Assembly: GCA_052390035.1 (NCBI GenBank)
Contig: JBQTHI010000044.1
Span: forward strand, 6,797 to 70,796
Direction of reading: 5' to 3'
From: Actinomycetota bacterium
GTDB lineage: Bacteria > Actinomycetota > Acidimicrobiia > Spongiisociales > ZC4RG35
DNA: 64,000 nt
The notes beneath the pieces are model-generated. The model did not search any database, was not told where the DNA came from, and saw only the letters and a list, made by a program, of their open reading frames with translations. This document shows positions 30,567 through 39,597 of the stretch, piece by piece (position 1 is the first letter of the stretch; the number at the start of each line of letters is the position of its first letter). The position numbers and the translations under genes are program-made.

Positions 30567-30622
30567 ACCCAGATGAGTAGACCCAGATGAGTAGACCCGA
30601 ATGAGTACACCCAGATGAATTC
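30567..30622 (+). repeat. four tandem copies of a 14-bp repeat (ACCCAGATGAGTAG) bridging the upstream stop codon and the moxR start codon
   Basis: Copies sit at 30567, 30581, 30595 (ACCCGAATGAGTAC) and 30609 (ACCCAGATGAATTC). The moxR ATG (30615) lies inside copy 4. Each copy carries an ATG. Confidence 0.8.
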
Positions 30623-31583
30623 ACCAGAGGAGTTCGCCCGTTCTCTCAACGCCGCTCGGGCCGAGATCGGCAAAGTCATCGTCGGCCAGAAGGATCTCGT
30701 CGACACCGTTCTCACCGCCGCGTTGTGCGAAGGCCATGTCCTACTGGAAGGTGTGCCTGGCCTCGGGAAGACCAAACTCCTGGCGACGCTGGGCCGAGTT
30801 TTGGACGTCGAGTTCGGGCGGGTTCAATTCACCCCTGATCTCATGCCTGCCGACATCCTCGGCACCAAGGTTTTGACCGGAAACGACTTCAAGTTCCACG
30901 AAGGTCCGATCTTTGCCAACCTGGTGTTGGCCGACGAAATCAATCGGGCAACTCCCAAGACCCAGTCGGCCCTGCTCGAAGCAATGCAGGAGCGGAGAGT
31001 GACCCTGGGAGGGGAGACCCACGCTCTCCCCCGACCCTTCCTGGTGATGGCGACTCAGAATCCGATCGAGCAGGAAGGCACCTACCCACTCCCCGAGGCT
31101 CAACTCGACCGGTTCCTTTTCAAGGCGCTCGTGAGCTTCCCGCCAGCCGACGACGTGGTTGAGATTCTCCGCCGCACCACCGCCGGCCACGAAGCCCAAC
31201 CCGATCCGGTGATCGATGGGGCAGCGATCATCGCCATGTCGGAGTTCGTGAGGAGCCTCCCCGCCGGGACCCACCTACTTGCCTACGCCGCCACCCTGGT
31301 CGAGGCAACCCACCCGGAAAGTGCCAAGGCTCCGGAAATGGTGCGGCGTTATGTCAGGTTCGGCGCCAGCCCCCGCGGCGCCCAGGCATTGGTCATGGGC
31401 GGGAAGGCCTTCGCCTTGATCGACGGCCGGCCCAACCTCGCCGCCGAAGACATATGGCGGGTGGCCCCGATGGCGCTCCGGCATCGACTGGTGCTCGGCT
31501 ACGAGGCGCTCGCCGACGGGATCAAAGCCGACGAGATCGTCACCGAGGTCCTCGGCGCTTATCCCGCTCCGATTGCCCGTTAG
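30615..31583 (+). CDS. MoxR-family AAA+ ATPase
   Basis: Walker A GVPGLGKT, Walker B LADEINRA and the MoxR N-terminal EIGKVIVGQ motif are present. Confidence 0.85.
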   Translation: MNSPEEFARSLNAARAEIGKVIVGQKDLVDTVLTAALCEGHVLLEGVPGLGKTKLLATLGRVLDVEFGRVQFTPDLMPADILGTKVLTGNDFKFHEGPIFANLVLADEINRATPKTQSALLEAMQERRVTLGGETHALPRPFLVMATQNPIEQEGTYPLPEAQLDRFLFKALVSFPPADDVVEILRRTTAGHEAQPDPVIDGAAIIAMSEFVRSLPAGTHLLAYAATLVEATHPESAKAPEMVRRYVRFGASPRGAQALVMGGKAFALIDGRPNLAAEDIWRVAPMALRHRLVLGYEALADGIKADEIVTEVLGAYPAPIAR

Positions 31584-32453
31584 ATGCTGCTCTCGGCGGA
31601 GTTACGGGGCCGTCTGGAGCGCCTCTCGATCACCACCCGCCGACGGGTCATAGCCCAGTGGGCCGGTCGGCACTCCTCCCGGCACAAAGGCGAGAGCCTT
31701 GACTTCGCCGACTCTCGGGCATATGTGCCCGGTGATGACTTCCGGAGGATCGACCACAACCTCTGGGCCAGGCTCGGCGTTCTTCTGGTTCGTCAATACC
31801 AGGCCGAGGAGGAGCTACCGCTTCGTCTGGTGATCGACACCTCGACCTCAATGGCGTTCTATCGCAAGCTCGAAACAGCCCGCACCCTGTCCGCCATGAT
31901 CGTGTACCTGGGTCTGGCCGGGGGGGACAGGGTCCAGTTGTTCGCCGTGCCAGGGCCCGACGATCTCGCCATGGAGGCGGGCCCGAGTGGCCGCCACCTT
32001 TCCCGCTGGCCGCAACTGGAAGCATGGATCGAGGGCCGCTCACCAACCGGGTCCGGCCCGATGGCGCCGTCTTTGCGACGGCTTGCGGGTGAAGGTCCCA
32101 ACCGCGGCTCGATAGTGCTCGTCTCCGATCTCCTGACCGCCGATTGGCAGCCGGCGCTCGACGGTCTGGGCCTTGGCACCGGAGGAGTGGTGCTCCATGT
32201 CCTCGGCGAAGAGGAAATCGACCCTTCGATTGCAGGCGATGTCCGTCTGGCCGATTCGGAGACCGGATCCGAGTTGGCGGTGTCCACCTCCGAAGAGGCG
32301 ATGCGACGTTATAGAACAGCGTTGGAGCAGTTCGCCTCCGAGGCTGGCCAACGCGCCAAGCGAGCCGGGCTTGATTACGTGTTGGTGCCGGCCCGAGATG
32401 ACGCTCCCGAGCAGGTGCTGGCCGCGCTCGCCCGAAGCGAGGCGGTGGCATGA
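31584..32453 (+). CDS. DUF58 domain protein (MoxR partner)
   Basis: The ATG abuts the moxR TAG. The motif DFADSRAYVPGDDFRRIDHN is typical of DUF58. Confidence 0.75.
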   Translation: MLLSAELRGRLERLSITTRRRVIAQWAGRHSSRHKGESLDFADSRAYVPGDDFRRIDHNLWARLGVLLVRQYQAEEELPLRLVIDTSTSMAFYRKLETARTLSAMIVYLGLAGGDRVQLFAVPGPDDLAMEAGPSGRHLSRWPQLEAWIEGRSPTGSGPMAPSLRRLAGEGPNRGSIVLVSDLLTADWQPALDGLGLGTGGVVLHVLGEEEIDPSIAGDVRLADSETGSELAVSTSEEAMRRYRTALEQFASEAGQRAKRAGLDYVLVPARDDAPEQVLAALARSEAVA

Positions 32454-32469
32454 CTCGGCGGCTCGGGCT

Positions 32470-34278
32470 GTGAGCTTCCTCATACCCACCGCCTTGGGTC
32501 TGGCGGCTCTGGCCGGGCCCCTCATCGTCCTATACATGCTCCGATCCCGACGACCACGCATCGAAGTGGCAAGCACCATGTTGTGGGAGAAGGTCGAGGT
32601 CCCGGTGTCCTCGGCCGTCCCGTGGCAAAAGCTGAAAATGACACCGCTTCTCATTCTCCAGCTGTTGGTGCTCGCCGGTTTCGTGCTCACCCTGGCCCGG
32701 CCGTTCTACACCCAGGCGACATTGCTCGGCCCCCACACCGTGTTTGTGTTCGACACCTCGGGCTCGATGGCGATGGCCGATCGCCTGGAAAAAGCTGTAT
32801 CCAACTCCCGCCGGCTGCTCACCGACCTCTCTTCTGACAACCAGGTATCGATCATCAACGCCGGGCCGGTGCCGAGAGTGTTGGTCGCTTTCGCCCGTGA
32901 CCCCGAACTGGTCGAAACCGGCCTCGACTCCCTCGTGCCAACCGGCGGGCGTGCTGACCTGTCGGGTGCCATCCGCCTCGCCCGCGGTCTGGCCACCCCC
33001 GACCACCCCACCAACATCCTCATCTTCTCCGATGGGGGCGACGCCGTGCTTCCCGAAGAGCCCGTGGTGGGGGCCGAGCTGATCCTCTTTGACGACTTCG
33101 GCCCAAATCTGGCGATCACCTCCTGGTCGCTGGAACCGTCGACCGAAGGTACCACCAGGGCCTTTCTGCAAGTCGCCAATTTCTCGACCGAAGAGCGCAC
33201 CGTCAGGGCGGAGGTAGCCGTCAACGGCCTGGCCGCCGGTCTGCTTGATCTGGACGTACCCGCTCAGGGGAACGCTCGGCGGACCACCCCGATCGACGCC
33301 GGTGCCGGGGACGTGGTTTCGGTCTCGCTGGTCGGCAACGAGGATTCCCTTCCGCTTGATGATCGGGCCGATCTGTTGGTGGGTGGCGGACCGGATCGGG
33401 AGGTGACATTGAGCGGTGAGGGATCACCGTTCCTCGAAGCATTGATCGATGCAGTTCCCGGATTCTCGACGAATACCGCCAACGACGGTGGCGACCTTCA
33501 GGTCATCGATCGCGGGGATCAATATGACATCGACCGGCCAACCTGGCTCATTGCCCCGACCACCCCCCCTGAGGGGGTCACCTTGATTGAATTCGTTCGG
33601 AACACGGCGGTGACCTATCAGCGGCCCGGTGAGCCGATTCTCGATTCGGTCGACCTATCACAGATGGCTGTGGCAGAGGCTCAGGTGGTGGATGCCCCCC
33701 GCTGGCTGACTCTGGTCAGGGCGGGCGAAGTGCCCCTGATCCTGCTGGGGGAGGTGAGCGGACACCGCGTGGCGTATTTCACTTTTGATCTGACTCATTC
33801 CAACCTGCCCATCCAAATCGGGTTTCCGATTTTGGGCGCTCGTCTGCTCGATTGGCTGGCAGGCGGTAGTGCAGGAGCCGTCCTAACCGAACCTGCCGGC
33901 AGCCCGATCCAGTTGACCGCCGCCCCCGGCTCCACCATTTTCGTAACCACGCCCAACGGGGAGCGCAGACAACTCGCCGAGGGCGCTACGTCATTTGTGG
34001 ATACGGGAGCACCCGGCGTCTATCGAGTGGCATCAGTTGACGCCGACGGCGCCGTAAGTGAAGGTCCCTCCGCGGTGCGCACCTTCGTCGCTGAAGAATC
34101 GGCGGGAAGCTCCCGGCTGATCACCACCACCGGAGCCGCCACCGAGACCGAAGAGCCATCGGTGCTGATCAGGGAGTGGGCTCCTTGGGTCATTTCCGTG
34201 GTGGTGGTGTTGATGGCCATCGAGTGGTGGGTTGGCCACCAGCGGCCCTTCTTACCTCGCCGGCGGGTCACCGCATGA
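32470..34278 (+). CDS. BatA-like membrane protein with vWA domain
   Basis: GTG 32470 gives MSFLIPTALGLAALAGPLIVLYMLRSRRP (aerotolerance-regulator N-terminal TM). The vWA MIDAS-like motif is VFDTSGSM. A C-terminal TM is present. Confidence 0.65.
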   Translation: MSFLIPTALGLAALAGPLIVLYMLRSRRPRIEVASTMLWEKVEVPVSSAVPWQKLKMTPLLILQLLVLAGFVLTLARPFYTQATLLGPHTVFVFDTSGSMAMADRLEKAVSNSRRLLTDLSSDNQVSIINAGPVPRVLVAFARDPELVETGLDSLVPTGGRADLSGAIRLARGLATPDHPTNILIFSDGGDAVLPEEPVVGAELILFDDFGPNLAITSWSLEPSTEGTTRAFLQVANFSTEERTVRAEVAVNGLAAGLLDLDVPAQGNARRTTPIDAGAGDVVSVSLVGNEDSLPLDDRADLLVGGGPDREVTLSGEGSPFLEALIDAVPGFSTNTANDGGDLQVIDRGDQYDIDRPTWLIAPTTPPEGVTLIEFVRNTAVTYQRPGEPILDSVDLSQMAVAEAQVVDAPRWLTLVRAGEVPLILLGEVSGHRVAYFTFDLTHSNLPIQIGFPILGARLLDWLAGGSAGAVLTEPAGSPIQLTAAPGSTIFVTTPNGERRQLAEGATSFVDTGAPGVYRVASVDADGAVSEGPSAVRTFVAEESAGSSRLITTTGAATETEEPSVLIREWAPWVISVVVVLMAIEWWVGHQRPFLPRRRVTA

Positions 34279-36974
34279 GGTTCGCCCATCCCTGGTGGTT
34301 GGTGGCCATACCCCCCGTTCTGGGGCTGACCTGGCTAGTCGCCCGGCGCGGGGGACGAGCGGTTTCACGGCGTCAACATCGGTGGGCGCTCGGGATTCGC
34401 CTTGGCGGGTTGCTGCTCTTGGTCACTGCCGCCGCCCAACCGATCGTCACCAGATCGGTGGACGATCGTGCGGTCCTGTTTCTGCTTGATCGGTCTGCTT
34501 CGGTATCGGATTCGGCCCGCGCCGCGCAGGAGGCTTTCCTGAGTGCGGCGCTGGCCGAAGGCAGAGCCGATGGGCGGACCGCGGTGGCGGTGTTTGGCCG
34601 CGACAGTCGACTCGACTCGGCGTTCACCGTTGACAGGTCCGGAGGCCCGATCAGGACGATCCCTGACGACTCGGCGACCGACATCGCTTCGGCCCTGCAA
34701 GCCGCCGCTTCGTTGATGCCCTCGGAGGGTTCACGGCGCATCGTCCTCCTCACCGATCTGGTCCCCACTACGGGCGACGTCGGCCCGGCGATCCGTCAGC
34801 TGGCAGAACAAGGCGTGGCGGTGGATGTCGTCGAGCTGGCGTCCGCTCGAACCCCCGATGCCCTGGTCGAATCGGTGATCCTGCCTCCAGCAGTGCGCGA
34901 GGGTGACACCGTGCCGGTTACGGCGGTGATTCGCTCCAATCAGGCAGGGTCGGCCGTGGTGGCGGTGAGATCCGGCGATGGTGACGAGCAGCGGATTCCC
35001 GTCCAGGTGGTGGCTGGGCGCAACGAGGTATCGCTCGAAGTCAACGCGGTGGGAGTCGGGTTCCTCCCGGTTTCGATCCAGGTCGAAACGGAGTTCGATA
35101 CGAGACCGGAGAACAATCGGGCGGAGGGGATCACCCGAATTCTCGGCCCTGCCCGAGTGGCGGTGGTGGAGGGAGTCGCCGGAGAGGCCGAGGCGCTGGG
35201 TGAGGCGCTCGTCGCCGGAGGAATCGAGGCCGACCTTCGGCGTTCGATCCCCACGGAGGGGGAGCTGCTCAGCTATGACGCGGTCGTCCTGGTGAATGTC
35301 GATCAGCCGGGACTGGTGGAATCGGAGAACCTCTCGGCGTTTGTTGAAGATCTCGGGCGTGGACTGGTGGTTGTTGGTGGCGACCGGGCTTTTGGGCTTG
35401 GTGACTACCACGAGACGCCGCTTGAGGCGGTGCTTCCCGTGAGTTCGAATCCGGACGACCTGGTGAGGCGTCAGCCGGTGGCGGAGGTGCTGGTCATCGA
35501 CTCCTCCGGGTCGATGGGTGCCTGTCACTGCAACATGGGCCAGGCCGCCGAAGGTGGGGTGGTGAAAACCGATATCGCCAAGGCCGGAGCGGAGCTCGCC
35601 ATCAACGCCCTCACCGACGATGATCGGGTTGGTGTGCTGGCGTTCTCATCAGGCACGGACTGGGTGATTCCCCTGGCGCCCCGCTCAACCATCACCGACC
35701 CGGCGGGGGCTCTCGGGGTGATCACTCCCAATGGTGACACCGAGATCTCCAACGCCCTTGAGGTGGCGCTTGACGAGCTGGCCGGCGCTCCCGAGCAGCT
35801 CCGCCACATCGTCCTCTTTACCGACGGGTGGGATCCGAGCGATGCTGCCCTATTGCCAATGGCGCGGGAAATCGCCGATGCCGGAGTGACTCTTTCGGTG
35901 TTGGGCACCGGGGAGGGTCCGGGCACGACTCTGAGCCGGATGGCCGAGCTGGGCGGCGGACGTTTTTACGCCGGCACGGACCTGGAGGCGGTTCCGGAGG
36001 TCTTCGTCGAGGAGACTTTGATCGTTGCCCGCAATCTGGCCGTCGAGGGGACCTTCTTTCCGATCCTCGCTGCCCCATCTCCCGTCACCCAGGATCTGAC
36101 CGCCTCCCCACCCCTGCTCGGTTATGTGCTGACCAAGGCCAAAGGAAGTGCTTCGCTCCTGATGGAGATCGGGCAGGCCGACCCGCTTCTTGCCACCTGG
36201 CAGCGCGGGCTGGGGCGGGCCACCGTCTGGACGTCGGATGCCACCGTCCGGTGGTCGAGCCAGTGGGTGGACTGGGAGGAGTATGCGGACTTCTGGGGTC
36301 GTTTGGTAAGAGACGTGTTGCCAGCGGGGCGGGAGAATCCGCCAGCCGTTCACGTCGAAGACGGCCGGCTGGTCATTTCCTACCAACAGCAGGGCACCGA
36401 CCTCGACGCCTCCGCCTCGGCCCGGGTTCGCCGGCCCGACGGCGAGGTAATCGAAGTCCCCATGGACCGGGTGAGCGGCTCCGATTTCTCCGCCCGGGTA
36501 GCCCTGGGCCCGGCCGGCGCCTATTGGGTCGCCGTCACCGTTGACAATCCCGATGGCTCGCAGATTGTTTCCGGAGCAGGGGCAGTTTCCGCCTATGAAG
36601 AGGAGTTCGCCTTCCGCGAGCCGGATCCGGCGTTGGGGGCCGCCATCACGACGATCACCGGCGGGAGGCTCAACCCCGGACCAGCAACCGTGTTCGATCC
36701 GGCCCCCGTGCGGGGACGGGCCGAAGTTTCCTTCTGGCCGTGGTTGGCCGCCGCCGCTCTGGCTCTCTTCCTCCTCGACGTGGCCTTGAGCCGGCTGCTG
36801 CTCGGGGAGGGTGACGCCCAGGCCTGGCGGGAAGGGCTGACTTCAACCGGCCGTGGCAGGGAGAGGCGGCGGGTGGCGCGGGCAGTTGAAGAGGCCACGA
36901 CCAGTCGGGAGGCACCGCCGGTTCTCTCCGACTCGGAGACCCTCGAACGCCTGATGCGCCGTAAACGACGATGA
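34275..36974 (+). CDS. large membrane protein with two vWA domains and a class-I glutamine-amidotransferase-like domain
   Basis: The ATG overlaps the upstream stop (ATGA). There are two DxSxS-type vWA motifs (LLDRSASVSD; VIDSSGSMG), a GATase1-like segment, and a C-terminal TM plus Arg-rich tail. Confidence 0.6.
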   Translation: MRFAHPWWLVAIPPVLGLTWLVARRGGRAVSRRQHRWALGIRLGGLLLLVTAAAQPIVTRSVDDRAVLFLLDRSASVSDSARAAQEAFLSAALAEGRADGRTAVAVFGRDSRLDSAFTVDRSGGPIRTIPDDSATDIASALQAAASLMPSEGSRRIVLLTDLVPTTGDVGPAIRQLAEQGVAVDVVELASARTPDALVESVILPPAVREGDTVPVTAVIRSNQAGSAVVAVRSGDGDEQRIPVQVVAGRNEVSLEVNAVGVGFLPVSIQVETEFDTRPENNRAEGITRILGPARVAVVEGVAGEAEALGEALVAGGIEADLRRSIPTEGELLSYDAVVLVNVDQPGLVESENLSAFVEDLGRGLVVVGGDRAFGLGDYHETPLEAVLPVSSNPDDLVRRQPVAEVLVIDSSGSMGACHCNMGQAAEGGVVKTDIAKAGAELAINALTDDDRVGVLAFSSGTDWVIPLAPRSTITDPAGALGVITPNGDTEISNALEVALDELAGAPEQLRHIVLFTDGWDPSDAALLPMAREIADAGVTLSVLGTGEGPGTTLSRMAELGGGRFYAGTDLEAVPEVFVEETLIVARNLAVEGTFFPILAAPSPVTQDLTASPPLLGYVLTKAKGSASLLMEIGQADPLLATWQRGLGRATVWTSDATVRWSSQWVDWEEYADFWGRLVRDVLPAGRENPPAVHVEDGRLVISYQQQGTDLDASASARVRRPDGEVIEVPMDRVSGSDFSARVALGPAGAYWVAVTVDNPDGSQIVSGAGAVSAYEEEFAFREPDPALGAAITTITGGRLNPGPATVFDPAPVRGRAEVSFWPWLAAAALALFLLDVALSRLLLGEGDAQAWREGLTSTGRGRERRRVARAVEEATTSREAPPVLSDSETLERLMRRKRR

Positions 36975-37011
36975 CCGTGTCCGAGCGAGAGGGCGGTTAC
37001 CTACCATCCGC

Positions 37012-38112
37012 ATGGTGACCGCAAAGCGACGTCAGGCTGAGAAGCCCCCCGCGTGGCTCTCCCGGGCTGTGATAATCGTCGTCGGGATCCTGGCACTGGC
37101 GGCGGCGGCGGGCTTGGTCCTTTATCGCATCCGCGGGCTGTTCTATATGCTTTTCCTCGCCACCTTCGTGGCAATTGCTCTTGAACCGGCCGTGCAGCGA
37201 CTCGTCAGGCGTGGGTGGAAGCGTTCCCGGGCAACCCAGCTCGTCTTTTTTGTCGCCGCCCTGCTTTTCGCCGGGTTCCTGGTTGCCCTCATCCCGGTGT
37301 TCGTTGCCCAGGCGGCCCGTCTCATCGAGACCGTGCCGCTTTATCTCGAAGACCTACAGCAGCTTGCCTCCACCTACTTTCAAATCGAGCTGGTCGATCC
37401 GGACATCACCGGACAATTCGAGGACCTGGGAGGCCTTTTGCGCCAATATGCCTCGGAGGTGGCGGGAGGAATCTTCGCCATCGGCAACACCGTCTTCGGT
37501 GCCGTCTTCCAATTGGTCACCGTGACCCTGTTCGCCTACTACCTGGTCGCTGTAGGTCCGACCTGGAGACGGGCGCTCTTGTCAACCCTGCCGCCCGAGC
37601 GTCAGCGCGAGGCGCTCAACATCTGGGAGGTATCGGTCGCCAAGACCGGGGGATACGTCTATTCGCGCCTGGTGCTGGCCGTCGTTGCCGGGATATTCAC
37701 CTTCCTGGTGCTGATCATCCTGCGGGTCCCGTCGGCCGCCGCCCTGGCCGTATGGATGGGGGTGCTCTCCCAGTTCGTTCCGGTCATCGGTACCTACGTC
37801 GGGCTCGTATTGCCGGGTCTGGCTGCCCTGGCCTTAAGTCCTCTCACGGCGCTGTGGGTCATTGTTGCCTTGGTCGGCTACCAGCAGATAGAAAACTATC
37901 TGATCGCCCCCAGGGTTACCGCCCGTACGATGGCGATGCACCCGGCGGTCACCATCGGAGCTCTGATCGCTGGAGCGAGCCTCCTCGGGGCGATGGGAGC
38001 GGTGCTGGCCCTCCCCGTGGCGGCGACCATCCAGGCATTGATCTCGACAACACTCCAGCGCCATACCCTGGTGGACTCGCCCTACCTCGAGGATCTGGTT
38101 GAGCGGGTTTGA
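37012..38112 (+). CDS. AI-2E family transporter (PerM/UPF0118)
   Basis: 8 TM segments. The YQQIENYLIAPRV motif is present. Confidence 0.8.
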   Translation: MVTAKRRQAEKPPAWLSRAVIIVVGILALAAAAGLVLYRIRGLFYMLFLATFVAIALEPAVQRLVRRGWKRSRATQLVFFVAALLFAGFLVALIPVFVAQAARLIETVPLYLEDLQQLASTYFQIELVDPDITGQFEDLGGLLRQYASEVAGGIFAIGNTVFGAVFQLVTVTLFAYYLVAVGPTWRRALLSTLPPERQREALNIWEVSVAKTGGYVYSRLVLAVVAGIFTFLVLIILRVPSAAALAVWMGVLSQFVPVIGTYVGLVLPGLAALALSPLTALWVIVALVGYQQIENYLIAPRVTARTMAMHPAVTIGALIAGASLLGAMGAVLALPVAATIQALISTTLQRHTLVDSPYLEDLVERV

Positions 38113-38181
38113 AGTTCCACTAACTGTTGGACCTGCAAGAAGCGGTAGCTCGTCGGGGGCCCGGTTTAGCATGATCAGCCG

Positions 38182-39018
38182 ATGTCGACCCACGTCGAAG
38201 AAAGACGCCGTCTCAGCGCCTGGCCTTTGATCGTCAACTCGATCTTCGCCTCCACGTTTGGCATCTTCATGGCGATGTTGATCGACTCACTGGGCCGGGC
38301 CATCCTCGCTCTCGTGCTCGAGCAGGGTCCGGTCGTCTTTCACGACCGGGTGGAGCTCGCCGGTGACAACCCCGTGACCCTGGCGGGTGGCGCCATAGCT
38401 GCCCTCGTTGCCGGAGGCCTTTTCCTCGCCGTATATCCGGGCAGTACCCGCCACGACGCCTCTCGTCTGGCGGTGCTTTGGCTGATCCTGCATTGCCTGC
38501 GGCAGGGATTTGTCCCCCTGGCCCTCGCGGCGGTTGACGCCGATTCCGATGTTGCAGTTGCCCTCGCCACCTTCGAGCTCCCCTCGGGAATCAATACCGT
38601 GGTGGGGGCGGCCGGAGCGATCGGCCTGCTGCTGGTCTCGCTGGCTGCCGCCCCGGCATTTCTTGCTTTTTCCACCACCCGGCGGGAGATCAGCACCCCA
38701 ACCCGGCGGGTTGCCTACGTCGCCAGGATCGGCCTCCTCCCCGGCCTGGTCAGCGGATTGCTGGCCGCGGTTGGATTCTTCGTCTTGAATTCGGACAGCG
38801 GCCTGGTCACAACTTTGCCCTTCTTTGGCGCTTTCACCATCGCCACCCTCCTCGCCGCTCCGGGAACGCGTACCGTCCAAGCGGATCAGAGCGCCACCAC
38901 CCAGAAGTTCTCGTGGGGACTCTTGCTCGCGGTGGCAGTCATCTTCTCGCTCTTCTATTACGCCCTGGCGCGAGGCATCCCGATCCCCCCCGACCCGGAC
39001 GGCTTCTTCGCGACATGA
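38182..39018 (+). CDS. hypothetical polytopic membrane protein
   Basis: 278 aa with about 7 hydrophobic helices and no recognisable motif. It is the first gene of a tightly spaced six-gene plus-strand run. Confidence 0.45.
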   Translation: MSTHVEERRRLSAWPLIVNSIFASTFGIFMAMLIDSLGRAILALVLEQGPVVFHDRVELAGDNPVTLAGGAIAALVAGGLFLAVYPGSTRHDASRLAVLWLILHCLRQGFVPLALAAVDADSDVAVALATFELPSGINTVVGAAGAIGLLLVSLAAAPAFLAFSTTRREISTPTRRVAYVARIGLLPGLVSGLLAAVGFFVLNSDSGLVTTLPFFGAFTIATLLAAPGTRTVQADQSATTQKFSWGLLLAVAVIFSLFYYALARGIPIPPDPDGFFAT

Positions 39019-39043
39019 CCGCTTCCTGTTGATCCAGCCGCGG

Positions 39044-39553
39044 ATGATTGGGGCCGCCGTCCTCACCATCTCCGATGGCGTCGCCGCCGGTGAGCGACAG
39101 GACATCTCGGGAGACTTGCTGGCGGGTCTGCTCCAAGCCGATGGTTTTGAAGTCGTCCAACGGAGGATCGTTGCCGACGACCGCCGCCTGATAGCTGCCG
39201 GCTTGACGGAGCTTTGTGGTCAAGCTCGCCTCGTGGTGACCACCGGTGGCACCGGCCTCGGCCCCCGCGACGTCACGCCCGAAGCAACCCGTGACGTGAT
39301 TGATCGGGAGGCTCCCGGGATCGCCCAGCTAATGATGGCGGCGGGACTGGCCGCCACTCCCTTGGCTTCGCTCTCCCGGGCGGTGGTGGGCACCCTGGGC
39401 GAGGCTCTGGTCGTGAACCTCCCCGGTAACCCACGAGCCGTGGAAGAAGCGCTGGCGGCGATCGCCCCGGTCCTCCGTCACGCCCTCGACCTGATCGCCG
39501 GTGATACGGCGCACGGACCGCAAACCCAGGGTTCCAGCCAACGATATCGTTAG
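39044..39553 (+). CDS. mog: molybdopterin adenylyltransferase / molybdenum cofactor biosynthesis protein MogA/MoaB
   Basis: The motifs TGGTGLGPRDVTPEA and GNP are present. The start is trimmed to ATG 39044. Confidence 0.7.
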   Translation: MIGAAVLTISDGVAAGERQDISGDLLAGLLQADGFEVVQRRIVADDRRLIAAGLTELCGQARLVVTTGGTGLGPRDVTPEATRDVIDREAPGIAQLMMAAGLAATPLASLSRAVVGTLGEALVVNLPGNPRAVEEALAAIAPVLRHALDLIAGDTAHGPQTQGSSQRYR

Positions 39554-39597
39554 TTGCAGCCCCGAGAATGGGACGGCCATACAGCTAGCCTGCCGTC

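Noticed and set aside
32173-34274. Upstream extensions of the BatA-like (32173) and double-vWA (34176) ORFs.
   Set aside because: The extensions would overlap the preceding genes by about 100-280 nt. Trimmed starts (GTG 32470, ATG 34275) give the expected N-terminal TM helices and stop/start coupling.
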